Source of the DNA: Gekko japonicus
Lineage: Eukaryota
DNA length: 64,000 nt
Reading direction: 5' to 3'
Assembly (NCBI RefSeq): GCF_001447785.1
Contig: NW_015161407.1
Span: forward strand, 1,246,040 to 1,310,039
Within the stretch, counting starts at the first letter, position 1, and the number at the start of each line of letters is the position of its first letter. Of the stretch, positions 52,884 to 63,009 are shown one piece after another. Position numbers and translations under genes: made by a program. The notes under the pieces are model-generated. The model ran no database searches, was not told the DNA's origin, and was given only the letters and a program-made list of their open reading frames with translations.

Positions 52884-55269
52884 CTTGCACTTAGTGCCCA
52901 AAGTGAATGACTTCAAGGTTATGTAACAACTCATTGTGGATGCTTAGTCAATGATATGCAAACAACCACTCTTTTAAAGTGTTCCAAGTCTCCAGGTTAT
53001 CGTTAGCAAGGAAGGCTGAGAGCATTGTTCTGCACATGCAATGGATCTGACAGCTATATTGTAATCACAAGGTAATGAGCTTCCCACATGCTTAATTCAG
53101 CTGAAGGCTCTGCTGGCAAACTGTTAGGATAATATCCAAGAACACTGTTTACTATGGTGGGTGCAGATGTAATGCTGGCTTCCTTTGCATTGCAGTGAAC
53201 AAATTAAAAACCGGCCTCTTCATGGAGAAAATTCTCCTTTCCTCTTTAACTGCAGCTTGTTGGTACTGCTGCAAGAGTCACATTGAAGCAGCAATTTCAT
53301 GTTCTTTTAAGGGAGGCATTGGTTAGACTTATATTTGACCATAGTTAATGCTGGTGCTGAGGAAGTTGGTCTGGGGCATTTGCTCCAGGGCTGGCTTCTA
53401 AAGGTAACTCCTAACTTGCTAGATGTGGTAGGCTGATAGCCCAGTGACTGGCAAGTCGTGAGAATACAGTTCAAAATAAATTACAGCCAGTAACCTGTAG
53501 GCATACATGACTTAACTCTCTTTTGCTTTCCTCCAGAAGTTTGCCAGGTATGGATGGTCCCCTTAAAGCTTTTGGTTTCGTAAATATCTTAAACCAATTT
53601 AACATGGGAGGGGGGGTGGACACTGACTTTGTTGTTAGGGTATAAAACTTGAACAGTTTGTAGAAGACTTCTTTGCCAGAGAAGCCTGATTAACAAAATC
53701 ATGTCGGCAAAATCCATTTGGAGAAAGAGACTTTGGATGTGAATAATTCTTGTGCGTGTGTTAAAATCTTAGTGTTTACTGTTGATGGTCTATTAAAGCA
53801 TCCATCCAGCAGTCTTTAAAAAAACAAAAACACCAGTATTAAAACTGAATTCCACAGTTCCACACGTGAAGAAAGCCAAAATGAAACAAATGATCTATTT
53901 GGTAGATTTTTTTTATCCTGCTTTTGTTCCTCAGACCAGCTCAGCACGGTGTATATTGTTTTCCTGCTCATCCCCGAAACAACTCTTTGAGATGCGTTGG
54001 GCACAGAGTGAGTGACTGTCCCAAGATCACCCAGTAGGTTTTGTGGCACAGTGAAGATTTGAATGCCGGTCTCCCAGATCCTAGTCTAATAGTCTACCAG
54101 TTGAAGTGGAAATGTTCATTTTCGCCATGAATAGAATAAAAATGAACAAGGATTTTTCGAAAATATAGCAGATAAATATTTCTGTTTTCCTAACGTATTA
54201 AATGGTCCCACCCGCCTTCTTAAAACACTTGGTGGGTGCCAGGAAAGGTTTTAGTGGACACCATGGGGCCTTCAGGTACCACATTGGGGACTCCTGGTTT
54301 GGATGTTCCTGCAGCAAATTTTCTGGTTTTGTTTTGCAGTAAAGGAGGACTCAAAACTTTATGAATTCTAGACAGACTTATTCTGTTGTTAGTAACTCAC
54401 CTTAATTCCTCTTGACATTCTCTAAGCTTAGAGGCACTGGATTACATAAATTAGAAAACACAACTGCATCTTTGCTCTTGGGTGAGATCTCCGATGAGTG
54501 TAAACATCAGGAAAAGGGTCATTCTCTTCCTGGTTTTGTTTTCCACCTTTCCTTTCAGAGCATGATAGTAAAGATAATACATTCTGTCAACGCTACATCC
54601 CCAGGACATCACAGGCCAGCTGCAAAGAACAAATTAATCATTCTTGCGTCCTCTGCCTTGGGGTAGAGTTTTCCAAATATATCACTCATCTATAGGGCTG
54701 CCATCTTATTTATGTGCCTCACAAGTTTAATTTCCCCTGCTGGTTCAGTAGTAGAGACTACTGGACTGCATCTATGATGCAGAGAGTAGATGCTGCATCC
54801 TGGTTATTCTAAGATTCATTTGTATTCATTTGTATGTTCCTTACCCAACAGCAAACTAGGGCAGAAGATTTCCTAGCTTTGTTCCATTGATTTGAATGGT
54901 AGATTCATGACTGGATCTTTAACTGTGTAGGGTCACACATGGAGAGGAGACAGGGTTTTGATCATTGAAACTAGCCCCCCTCCTGCATTATTGACAGCTC
55001 ATTTTTTTCTTTTAAGGGGTTTTAATTAATAGCACTGGGCAGTTTTAATTAGCAAGGGAAGGGCACAAACCACATGGCAAGCCAAAACTGGAGCCAAATT
55101 CTGGCAGGATTGGGGCTCAGGGGGTAGGGCAACATTTGGTGCACGGATGGTCTCTGAAGAAATCTCTGAGCTTTTGGGAGCATCTCAGGGTGGCTTGGAG
55201 AATGAAACCCTGTAAAGAAGTTGTAACTCCAGGGACTTCACAACTTCGGTCCTGGTCCCAAAAATGAGT

Positions 55270-56376
55270 AGCCTTTGCCAGCTTTTGAACCTATTAGATT
55301 TCATCTTTTCAGCAACCTCAGCAGCTTCTCGCAAGCTTGCTACCTTTTTATCTTGAATCAAGGCTGAAAGTCCTTCTGGAAGGAAGGAGAAAAACTGTTC
55401 CAACAAAATTAACTCTCTGAGTTCAACAAAAGTAGTCACATTTTTTGCAGCCAGCCAATAAACCAAATTTTGAGCCAACTTGGCTGCAACCACTGGCAGG
55501 CTATTCTCTGCCCAGCAATGTCTTGTCAATTTTTTGAAAAGCTTTTCTATAAGCCTCAGGACCCAAGGCAAACCTTTGCTTTGCCAAGTCCTTAAATCCC
55601 CAGTAGTCTCCTGCTTGATAAAGAGGCATCTGGCCCAAAAGATCTGCCAAAGGGCCACTAACTTGAGATCTCAAAATGGACATATAAAAGCGCTGTGGCA
55701 CTCTATAATCCATTCCTGACATGAAAGTTCAAGCAGGTTAAAAAATGCCAAAATGTCATTTCCAGTCTTATACACAGGAAACATACGTCTGTCAAAATGC
55801 AAGGCTGTAAGTCCCTCTTCTCTCTGTCTGCCACCACACTGTGGTAAACATGAGCCACCAGTATCCCTCAGTCTCTGATCAGCTGGGCCTCTTCCTTCCC
55901 CAGGAAAGAGCAGGACCATTTGGCTGACATCCATCCCCAGGGTGCCAAGACTTATGATCTGACACGCATCTTCAAAGTTAGCAAATGATGAACGACCCCT
56001 CAGTTCTTGCCGCTGGCTCAACTACAGACACACTCCTCTGGCCCTGAAGCCTGGCGTAACCTTCAGCAAGGTCCTGTAGCTGAAGTCCTCTTTGACTGCT
56101 GTTAAACCTTTGATCCAAAAGGCCAGCATCAGATTCCGCACCCCCTCTATGAGGCCAATAATTCCTTAAGGTCTGTTCAGATGTATATACTGATTTTCTA
56201 TTTGAAAACCCAACAGTCTCTTTAAAACCATGTCTTGACTTCCTTCTAGGCAAGGGTCTAGGTTCCCAATAAAAATCAGCTAGATAATCCGGCCTACCAC
56301 TAACATCCATAGTCTGGAAAGACATATCTTCCCAAAGTGATAACTCTTGATCCTGACATTCAGCCATACTGGCCAA
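55270..56376 (-). pseudogene. Frameshifted gag with SCAN-like capsid C-terminal domain
   Basis: Segments FPVYKTGNDILAFFNLLE, DYWGFKDLAKQRFALGPEAYRKAFQ and LAQNLVYWL...LRELILLEQFFSFLPEGL lie in successive frames. Confidence 0.75.
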
Positions 56377-56947
56377 CTCAACAAACTTCTTGCAACCTCA
56401 GCCTAGACCCAAAACTCCCACCTCTCATGCAGAAATAAGCCACCGCTGTACCACCATGTAAATAAGTTGTAACTCCAGGAACTCACCCTGATAGTGCTTT
56501 TCATCCTGGCCGTGGCCTATTTGCCGCACGAAAGAGGGAACTCCATATTCAACACATAAACAGTTCTCTTTATTTACTAGATCAAAAGCGGAGTGAGTGA
56601 GGAAGCAAGAAAACAAAATAACAATCCCGTACTTAGTGTAGATAAAAGTCAAAATTACACAGCAGTTACCACAAGCAACAGCCCAAGCCTTCAACTGAAC
56701 TCATACAGGGCTCCTGAAGAGGGACGAATTCCAAGAATCTCTCAGCTCTCCTCCAATTTCCTGCTTTGCTTTCTCTGTCTAACGACTAACGGCTCATAGC
56801 AGCCACACCAACTCTACTCCCTCTCTATCCACCCCCACCTATTAAGCGATCTCAGCCTTAATTTGCCACAGCTGTTACTACCATTCTGTAAAAGTAAATG
56901 TTCAGGCTGATTCAAACCATCTAAAGGGTTTACTCTACCCTCTACAG

Positions 56948-57381
56948 CAGGGGTGTCAAACATGCGGCTCGGGGGCCGGATCAGGCCCCCAGAGGGTTTC
57001 TATCAGGCCTGCACTCGAACTGGCTGTCTTTTGCTTCTTCTTCCAGTTCTTCTGCTGCTGCGTCATCGTAGGTTTGCAGCTTACAGATACACACCTAAAC
57101 AGCATAGTCAAGATTGCAACAGCGCAGACATTTTGATGCAATAATTCAGAGCAAGAGGTGTCAGTTATTAGACACTGTTAAATAAACAAAATATTGCAAG
57201 AGTGCTAATATTTTAAGCATGTTTTTATTTTAAGTTAAAAAAAAACCTTTGTGTTTGTGTTCTTTATAAAGTTTATTTCTCCGCTACCTGGCATTACATT
57301 TTATGACACACATGGCCCGGCCTGACAAGGTCTCATTTATGTCAGATCCGGTCCTCATAACAAATGAATTCGACACCCCTG
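56948..57381 (-). mobile_element. hAT MITE (same family as 11503-11911) nested in the Gypsy 5' LTR
   Basis: TIR CAGGGGTGTC(A/G)AA; TSD CTCTACAG / TTCTACAG; shares ~100 bp of terminal sequence with the 11.5 kb copy in opposite orientation. Confidence 0.88.
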
Positions 57382-58260
57382 TTCTACAGGAGATAGAAAA
57401 GAGGAAATCATAAAAGGCTTGAACACTGCTGCCACAACCTAAAACCCACACACATAACATTTAATCCTTTACAAACCCACCCAGAAGCTCTGGTGGGAAA
57501 ATGCTAGACAATGGTAGAGGTGGTGTTTTCCAGCCTTAGAAGCACAAATAGGGATCCTCCAAAGCTTGACAGGCACTCCTACCTGCCAATAACATAGTCT
57601 CCATTCATTGCAATGGGTCTCAGAACTATATAAGTATAGGGTGAATGCACATTCTTTTTGTTGGCATTGTAGTTTTGGATGTAGAGGGGGTACATGTGAT
57701 CATGAAAGAGCTTTGCTGCTGGGCGTGGTGGGGGATTGCTTAGCTAGCTTAGTCAGTCAGGGACCAGGGGGCTTAGTTTTTCCCTGGGTTCCTCTGTGTT
57801 GCAATTCAGTTTTTGTTTGTTTGTTTACTGCAAACGGTGGAAAAAATTGGGACTGAATTCCTCTTTCACATTATAGCATTTTTGCTTAGTGGGATTTTCC
57901 GGCATACTCTCTGCTTCCATGGTATTGGTTTCCCTTTGTTTTTCTTTTCATTTTATTTTACCCCCCTCCCTTTTGGGTTGCAGTAATATGAGGGATTGAT
58001 CTTTGGGGTTTGGGGGGCTCCTGTTTTGGGGGGGCTTCTCTGCCATTTTATCACACACTGGGCTGCTTTTTGTTTTGGGGTGATCTGTATTTATATTTAC
58101 TGCCCACTGACTTTACTGCTCTCCATTTGAAACCCCCCTACTGACCTGCTTCTCCTTGGGGGGTGATCTCTCTCAGCCTGCCTCCCTGCATCCAGCCTGC
58201 TTTGGGGGGCTTGTTCCAGAGTTACTGGGGTGACTTCCCTTTACTCCCAGCTTTCCATTT

Positions 58261-58671
58261 TGTTGGAAGTTACAAGTTAGAACACTTCTATTCAGTATTT
58301 ACTGAGTTAATGCTGTGTTCTGAATCACATGTTTGTTTGTATCCTATCTGCTTAGAGAGTTAGAAAGCCCGCCAGATACAGATCTAGTTTGTTGTTTTGA
58401 TTGGGGAATGGAGTGTTACTATTTAGCATTTTATGGCTCTTTGTCCCTGAGCAAGAAGAAGCTCCAGCCTCCATTACTCTTCGTTAAGTTTTCTAGATGA
58501 GAGGATGTAGAAATAAAGCTCTTTGTTATTTTACCTCCTGTTTACCCTACCCTTGATAGGTTGTTAGTAAACTTTTTATATTTTGAAACTACCATGGACT
58601 CAGACTCATTTTTACTCTGCTAACTCTGCTGAATTAAGAAATTAAGAAATTAAATACTAAACCATCTAACA
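58261..58671 (+). repeat. Copia 5' LTR
   Basis: TGTTGG...CTAACA; contains AATAAA. Confidence 0.97.
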
Positions 58672-58687
58672 GGTTATGGTTGCCCAG
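58672..58687 (+). other. Primer binding site, internal (half) tRNA-iMet type, with 2-nt insertion
   Basis: GGTTATGGttGCCCAG versus GGTTATGGGCCCAG, the complement of the tRNA-iMet anticodon arm. Confidence 0.8.
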
Positions 58688-59003
58688 ACAGAGTTGTTTT
58701 TTTGAGCCATGTGTATTAGAACTTAAGAAAGAACAGAAAAGAATTTTTTTGAAATTTTTTCTGGAACAAGAGAGAGTCTTCTTTGTTTTTTCTCGAGTCT
58801 GCTAAGCCTTGTGCTAGCAGAACAGAAGGCAAGAGGAATTTCATCTCCTGCTGTGAACTATCTCCAACACAAAAGGATTTTCCCAGAGAGCTGAACGACA
58901 GCGCCTGAGGGAACGAAGGAGATCACAAGCAACCCCAGACGATCCCAGACGAACGACAGACGACCTCGCTTCTACAAAGGGAAGTTTTGGTAAAGTAGTA
59001 AAA

Positions 59004-62000
59004 ATGGCGTCTGCACACGGTTATAACATACCGAAATTATCGGCTAGTAATTACCATTACTGGAAAGAATGCTTAAAGTGCATATTAGAGGCCAGTTCTT
59101 CCAATCATGTTTTGGAGAACAAAGGAAATGTAAAGAAGGCCGTTAAATGCTTTGTCTGTTCCCGAACGGGCCATCTTTCCAAAGACTGCTGGTTTAGACA
59201 ATCACAGACAGATCAAAGAAATAAAGACATGCGCTCTCCCCCTATTTCTTCTGTAAGAGGAAACGCCAGAGGGCGTGGCAATGGGAAGCCAAACGGTCAT
59301 CAGGGGCAGGAAAAATCCAAGCCTGTGTTTCTCCTGAGAGAGGCTGTGCCAGAAACTGCAGGAAAGCGAGCCGAATGTGCGAATGTGCTTGCTGTAAACA
59401 TTAATCATAGCAGAGAATACAGTGATGAATCACTGTGGCTACTGGACACAGGGAGTGCCGTCCACATTTGCAACAGTGCTGAATATTTTGTTGATCTGAA
59501 TAAAGATGAGATGCCCAAACTGATCAAAGTTGATAATGAACCATTGAGAGTTGCTGGAACAGGAAAGATTTTTCTTAATGTGTTAAATTCTGCTGGCCAA
59601 ATTCAGCAAATGACTTTAAATGATTGTGTATTTGTGCCTGAAGCTAGTACTTGTCTGATCTCCTCAAGGAGAATTATTGCTGCTGGTTTTAACATTAATC
59701 TTAAAAAGGGACAAGGAAAAATTTGGCACAAAGATGGAGTCGAGCTCATTATGGAAGAGCACGACAGTTACCATTATGTAAGAAATCTTGGCATAACTGA
59801 AAATGATGAACTGGACACAAGTGGACCTGTGTTTCACACAAAATCATCTGAATGTGAGCACAAAGACTGTTTATTTAAATGGCATGTGATGTTTGCTCAC
59901 AGAAATTTACAAAGTGTGAGAAAGCTTCTGAAGGGCTGTAATATTGATGCTGTTGAATGCAATACTATTAGTAATGGTTGTGATACCTGTTTTAAGGCAA
60001 AAGGCAAAGCGCCTTGTTACAGAGGCAAAAATCCAGAACAAGATAAAGGTTTTCTAGAGACTGTGTACTCAGATCTTGTTGGCCCTATCAAACAATCTAC
60101 TGGTGGTAGTAAATACTTTGTGACTTTTATGGAAGCAAAATCCAGATATGTCTATACCTACCTACTTAAAAGTAAAGACCAAGTACTTGACAAATTTAAG
60201 TGCTATGTTGCTGCTGTTAAAAATAAATTTGGCAAAGCGCCTGAAGTGTTATTCACTGACAATGGCACAGAGTATTGCAGCAGTGAGTTCCAAAGGTTCA
60301 TGGAACAAGAAGGAATTGAACATCAAACAACTATTGTTTATTCTCCAGAACAAAATGGAACAGCGGAACGCTTAAACAGAACCATACTAGAAATGGCGCG
60401 TTCTATGCTAATACAATCTGGAATTTCAGAAGATATGTGGGGTGAAGCAGTCAATACAGCTACTTACCTGCACAATAGAGTTCCATCTAAAACTACAAAT
60501 AAAATTCCTTTTCAATTATGGCATAACAGGATGCCTGGACTTAAACACATTAAAGCATTTGGATCTAAAGCCTATGCCCACATTCCAAAAGAGAAAAGGG
60601 GCAAATTAGAGCCAAGAGCAGAAATTGGTATCCTAGTGGGGTACGCTCAAGGAGGAAAAGGCTACCGAATTTTTGATTCTACAAACTGTGTAATTAGAGA
60701 ATGCAATGTGGTACATGTTGATGAGAGTAACATCCTGCAAACTCCTAAGCCAGCTGAGTCCACAGCACAACCTGTCAATCAGGAATCTACAGATGTCTCT
60801 TTCTTTGATGTGATCACTTGGCAATCTGCAGAGACCACCTGTGACCAGGCAGGTCCATCTCCACAAGAGGATTCCACCTCAGAAGGGGAACAAGGGAATT
60901 CCACCTCAGAAGGGGAACCAGGAGAGGCAACGCCAAGGGTAAGAGAGACAACTGCTGTGAGACAATCAGCAAGGAGTACCAAAGGTGTTCCACCACCAAT
61001 GTACGGAATTTGTGCAAGTGTGCAACAAATAAAGGAACCTACTAACTGGAAGGAAGTTAATCAACTACCTGCATCTGAAAGAAGCAAGTGGATTAATGCC
61101 ATGGAAGAAGAATTTGCATCTTTGCAAGACAAACAAGTTTGGACTCTTACTGAGTTACCTTCAGAAAGAAAAGCCATCGGCTGTAAGTGGGTGTACAAAG
61201 TGAAGTATAACCCTGACGGCGAAGTGGACAAGTACAAAGCTCGTCTTGTCGCAAAAGGATTTTCTCAAAAATATGGAATCGATTTCTCGGAAACTTTTGC
61301 ACCTGTTGTAAGCTACACAACCTTCAGAACACTTTTGAGCATAGCAGCCTCAAGGGGCATGCACATTGAACATTTGGACGTCAAAACTGCGTTTCTCAAT
61401 GGAGAATTGAATGAAGAAATCTACATGGAACAACCAGAAGGATTTTCAACAAAAGGACAAGAAGGCCTAGTGTGCAAACTCAACAAAAGCGTTTATGGAC
61501 TAAAGCAAGCAGCAAAAGCGTGGAATGAGAAACTGACTGAACTGTTACAAAAACAGAACTTTCAACAAGGAATAGCAGAACCGTGTTTGTTCTCAAGAAT
61601 CAAAAATGGACAATATCAGTACATACTCATTTATGTTGATGACTTGATTATTTGTTGTGAAAATCAAGGAGATGTACAGGAAATAGCAGATGAACTAAAC
61701 AAGGAAGTGGAAGTGAAACAATTGGGACCTATAAAACACTATCTTGGAATACAAATTGAAAGAACTGATGATGGAAGTTTTCTTCTAAGCCAAAAGCAAA
61801 AGATCATGGACTTTATTGAATCTGTAGGAATGAAACATTCCAAGCCAGTGAGCACACCTCTTGAAAAGGATTACCTCAAGAATACAGAGGGACCACTACT
61901 TCCAAATAACCACGAATACAGATCAGCAATAGGAAAATTATTGTATCTTAGCAAAATTTGTCGACCAGACATAACTTCAGCTGTTGGACTATTATGCAGA

Positions 62001-62591
62001 AAGACCAGCTCACCGACTATCCATGACTGGAAAGCTGTAAAAAGACTGGCAAGATACCTAAAAGGAACTTTGGATTACAAACTGAAAATCTCATCCTGTG
62101 ATGAACCAAGACTGACTGGTTTCATGGATGCCAACTGGGGAAAAGACACAACTGATGGAAAATCTACAAGTGGATACTTATTCTACTATGGAAACAGTTT
62201 AATTGACTGGACTAGTCAAAAGCAATCTGTTGTAGCGATCTCTACTGCAGAAGCTGAATGTGTATCAGCGCAAAGTGCCAGCTATGAACTGTACTGGATC
62301 ATTCATCTACTGAAAGACTTTGGAATAGACGAACCGAAACCAATAATAATGTATGAGGACAATCAAGCTTGCATCGTTCTCTGCAAAGGTGAGAGCACCA
62401 AATCCAAGAGTAAGACCATTGCTCTTCAATGCAAATATGTGAAAGACTTACAAGACAAAGGACTCATTGAACTTCGTTACTGTCCTACTGACCAGATGAC
62501 TGCCGACATCCTGACCAAGCCGCTTGACAAGCAACGTTTTGAGAATCTTCGTGAAAGTTTAAATTTGCATGATTTCAGTGTTATAACTTGA
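59004..62591 (+). CDS. Copia Gag-Pol polyprotein, 1195 aa, uninterrupted
   Basis: Zn knuckle CFVCSRTGHLSKDC, protease WLLDTGS, integrase H-H-C-C plus SDLVGP/TDNGTEY/NGTAER and GKGY, RT YKARLVAKG/YVDD, RNase H DANW/AEAE/EDNQ/ADILTK. Confidence 0.97.
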   Translation: MASAHGYNIPKLSASNYHYWKECLKCILEASSSNHVLENKGNVKKAVKCFVCSRTGHLSKDCWFRQSQTDQRNKDMRSPPISSVRGNARGRGNGKPNGHQGQEKSKPVFLLREAVPETAGKRAECANVLAVNINHSREYSDESLWLLDTGSAVHICNSAEYFVDLNKDEMPKLIKVDNEPLRVAGTGKIFLNVLNSAGQIQQMTLNDCVFVPEASTCLISSRRIIAAGFNINLKKGQGKIWHKDGVELIMEEHDSYHYVRNLGITENDELDTSGPVFHTKSSECEHKDCLFKWHVMFAHRNLQSVRKLLKGCNIDAVECNTISNGCDTCFKAKGKAPCYRGKNPEQDKGFLETVYSDLVGPIKQSTGGSKYFVTFMEAKSRYVYTYLLKSKDQVLDKFKCYVAAVKNKFGKAPEVLFTDNGTEYCSSEFQRFMEQEGIEHQTTIVYSPEQNGTAERLNRTILEMARSMLIQSGISEDMWGEAVNTATYLHNRVPSKTTNKIPFQLWHNRMPGLKHIKAFGSKAYAHIPKEKRGKLEPRAEIGILVGYAQGGKGYRIFDSTNCVIRECNVVHVDESNILQTPKPAESTAQPVNQESTDVSFFDVITWQSAETTCDQAGPSPQEDSTSEGEQGNSTSEGEPGEATPRVRETTAVRQSARSTKGVPPPMYGICASVQQIKEPTNWKEVNQLPASERSKWINAMEEEFASLQDKQVWTLTELPSERKAIGCKWVYKVKYNPDGEVDKYKARLVAKGFSQKYGIDFSETFAPVVSYTTFRTLLSIAASRGMHIEHLDVKTAFLNGELNEEIYMEQPEGFSTKGQEGLVCKLNKSVYGLKQAAKAWNEKLTELLQKQNFQQGIAEPCLFSRIKNGQYQYILIYVDDLIICCENQGDVQEIADELNKEVEVKQLGPIKHYLGIQIERTDDGSFLLSQKQKIMDFIESVGMKHSKPVSTPLEKDYLKNTEGPLLPNNHEYRSAIGKLLYLSKICRPDITSAVGLLCRKTSSPTIHDWKAVKRLARYLKGTLDYKLKISSCDEPRLTGFMDANWGKDTTDGKSTSGYLFYYGNSLIDWTSQKQSVVAISTAEAECVSAQSASYELYWIIHLLKDFGIDEPKPIIMYEDNQACIVLCKGESTKSKSKTIALQCKYVKDLQDKGLIELRYCPTDQMTADILTKPLDKQRFENLRESLNLHDFSVIT

Positions 62592-62598
62592 GAAGGGG
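62590..62598 (+). other. Polypurine tract
   Basis: GAGAAGGGG directly before the 3' LTR. Confidence 0.9.
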
Positions 62599-63009
62599 TG
62601 TTGGAAGTTACAAGTTAGAACACTTCTATTCAGTATTTACTGAGTTAATGCTGTGTTCTGAATCACATGTTTGTTTGTATCCTATCTGCTTAGAGAGTTA
62701 GAAAGCCCGCCAGATACAGATCTAGTTTGTTGTTTTGATTGGGGAATGGAGTGTTACTATTTAGCATTTTATGGCTCTTTGTCCCTGAGCAAGAAGAAGC
62801 TCCAGCCTCCATTACTCTTCGTTAAGTTTTCTAGATGAGAGGATGTAGAAATAAAGCTCTTTGTTATTTTACCTCCTGTTTACCCTACCCTTGATAGGTT
62901 GTTAGTAAACTTTTTATATTTTGAAACTACCATGGACTCAGACTCATTTTTACTCTGCTAACTCTGCTGAATTAAGAAATTAAGAAATTAAATACTAAAC
63001 CATCTAACA
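62599..63009 (+). repeat. Copia 3' LTR
   Basis: Identical to the 5' LTR by eye. Confidence 0.97.

Larger units (their letters stand above)
55211..57473 (-). mobile_element. Internally deleted Gmr1-like Gypsy LTR retrotransposon with SCAN-domain Gag
   Basis: TSD AACCC (55206-55210 / 57474-57478); termini TGTAAAG..CTTTACA; 5' LTR 57473-56457; tRNA-Leu-like PBS 56456-56440; frameshifted gag with ELILLEQF..LP...SLREAAEVAE; only ~25 bp of the 3' LTR remain. Confidence 0.8.
58261..63009 (+). mobile_element. Ty1/Copia LTR retrotransposon, recent insertion
   Basis: Two 411-bp TG..CA LTRs; 5-bp TSD CATTT (58256-58260 / 63010-63014); PBS; PPT; PR-IN-RT-RH domain order. Confidence 0.98.

Noticed and set aside
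55185-55658. Host SCAN zinc-finger gene exon
   Set aside because: Frameshifted, no zinc fingers nearby, and embedded between an LTR/PBS and a TSD, so it is retroelement gag.
55211-63009. Functional partnership between the gag-only Gypsy remnant and the capsid-less Copia
   Set aside because: Different superfamilies, the Gypsy gag is frameshifted and much older, and there is no evidence beyond proximity.
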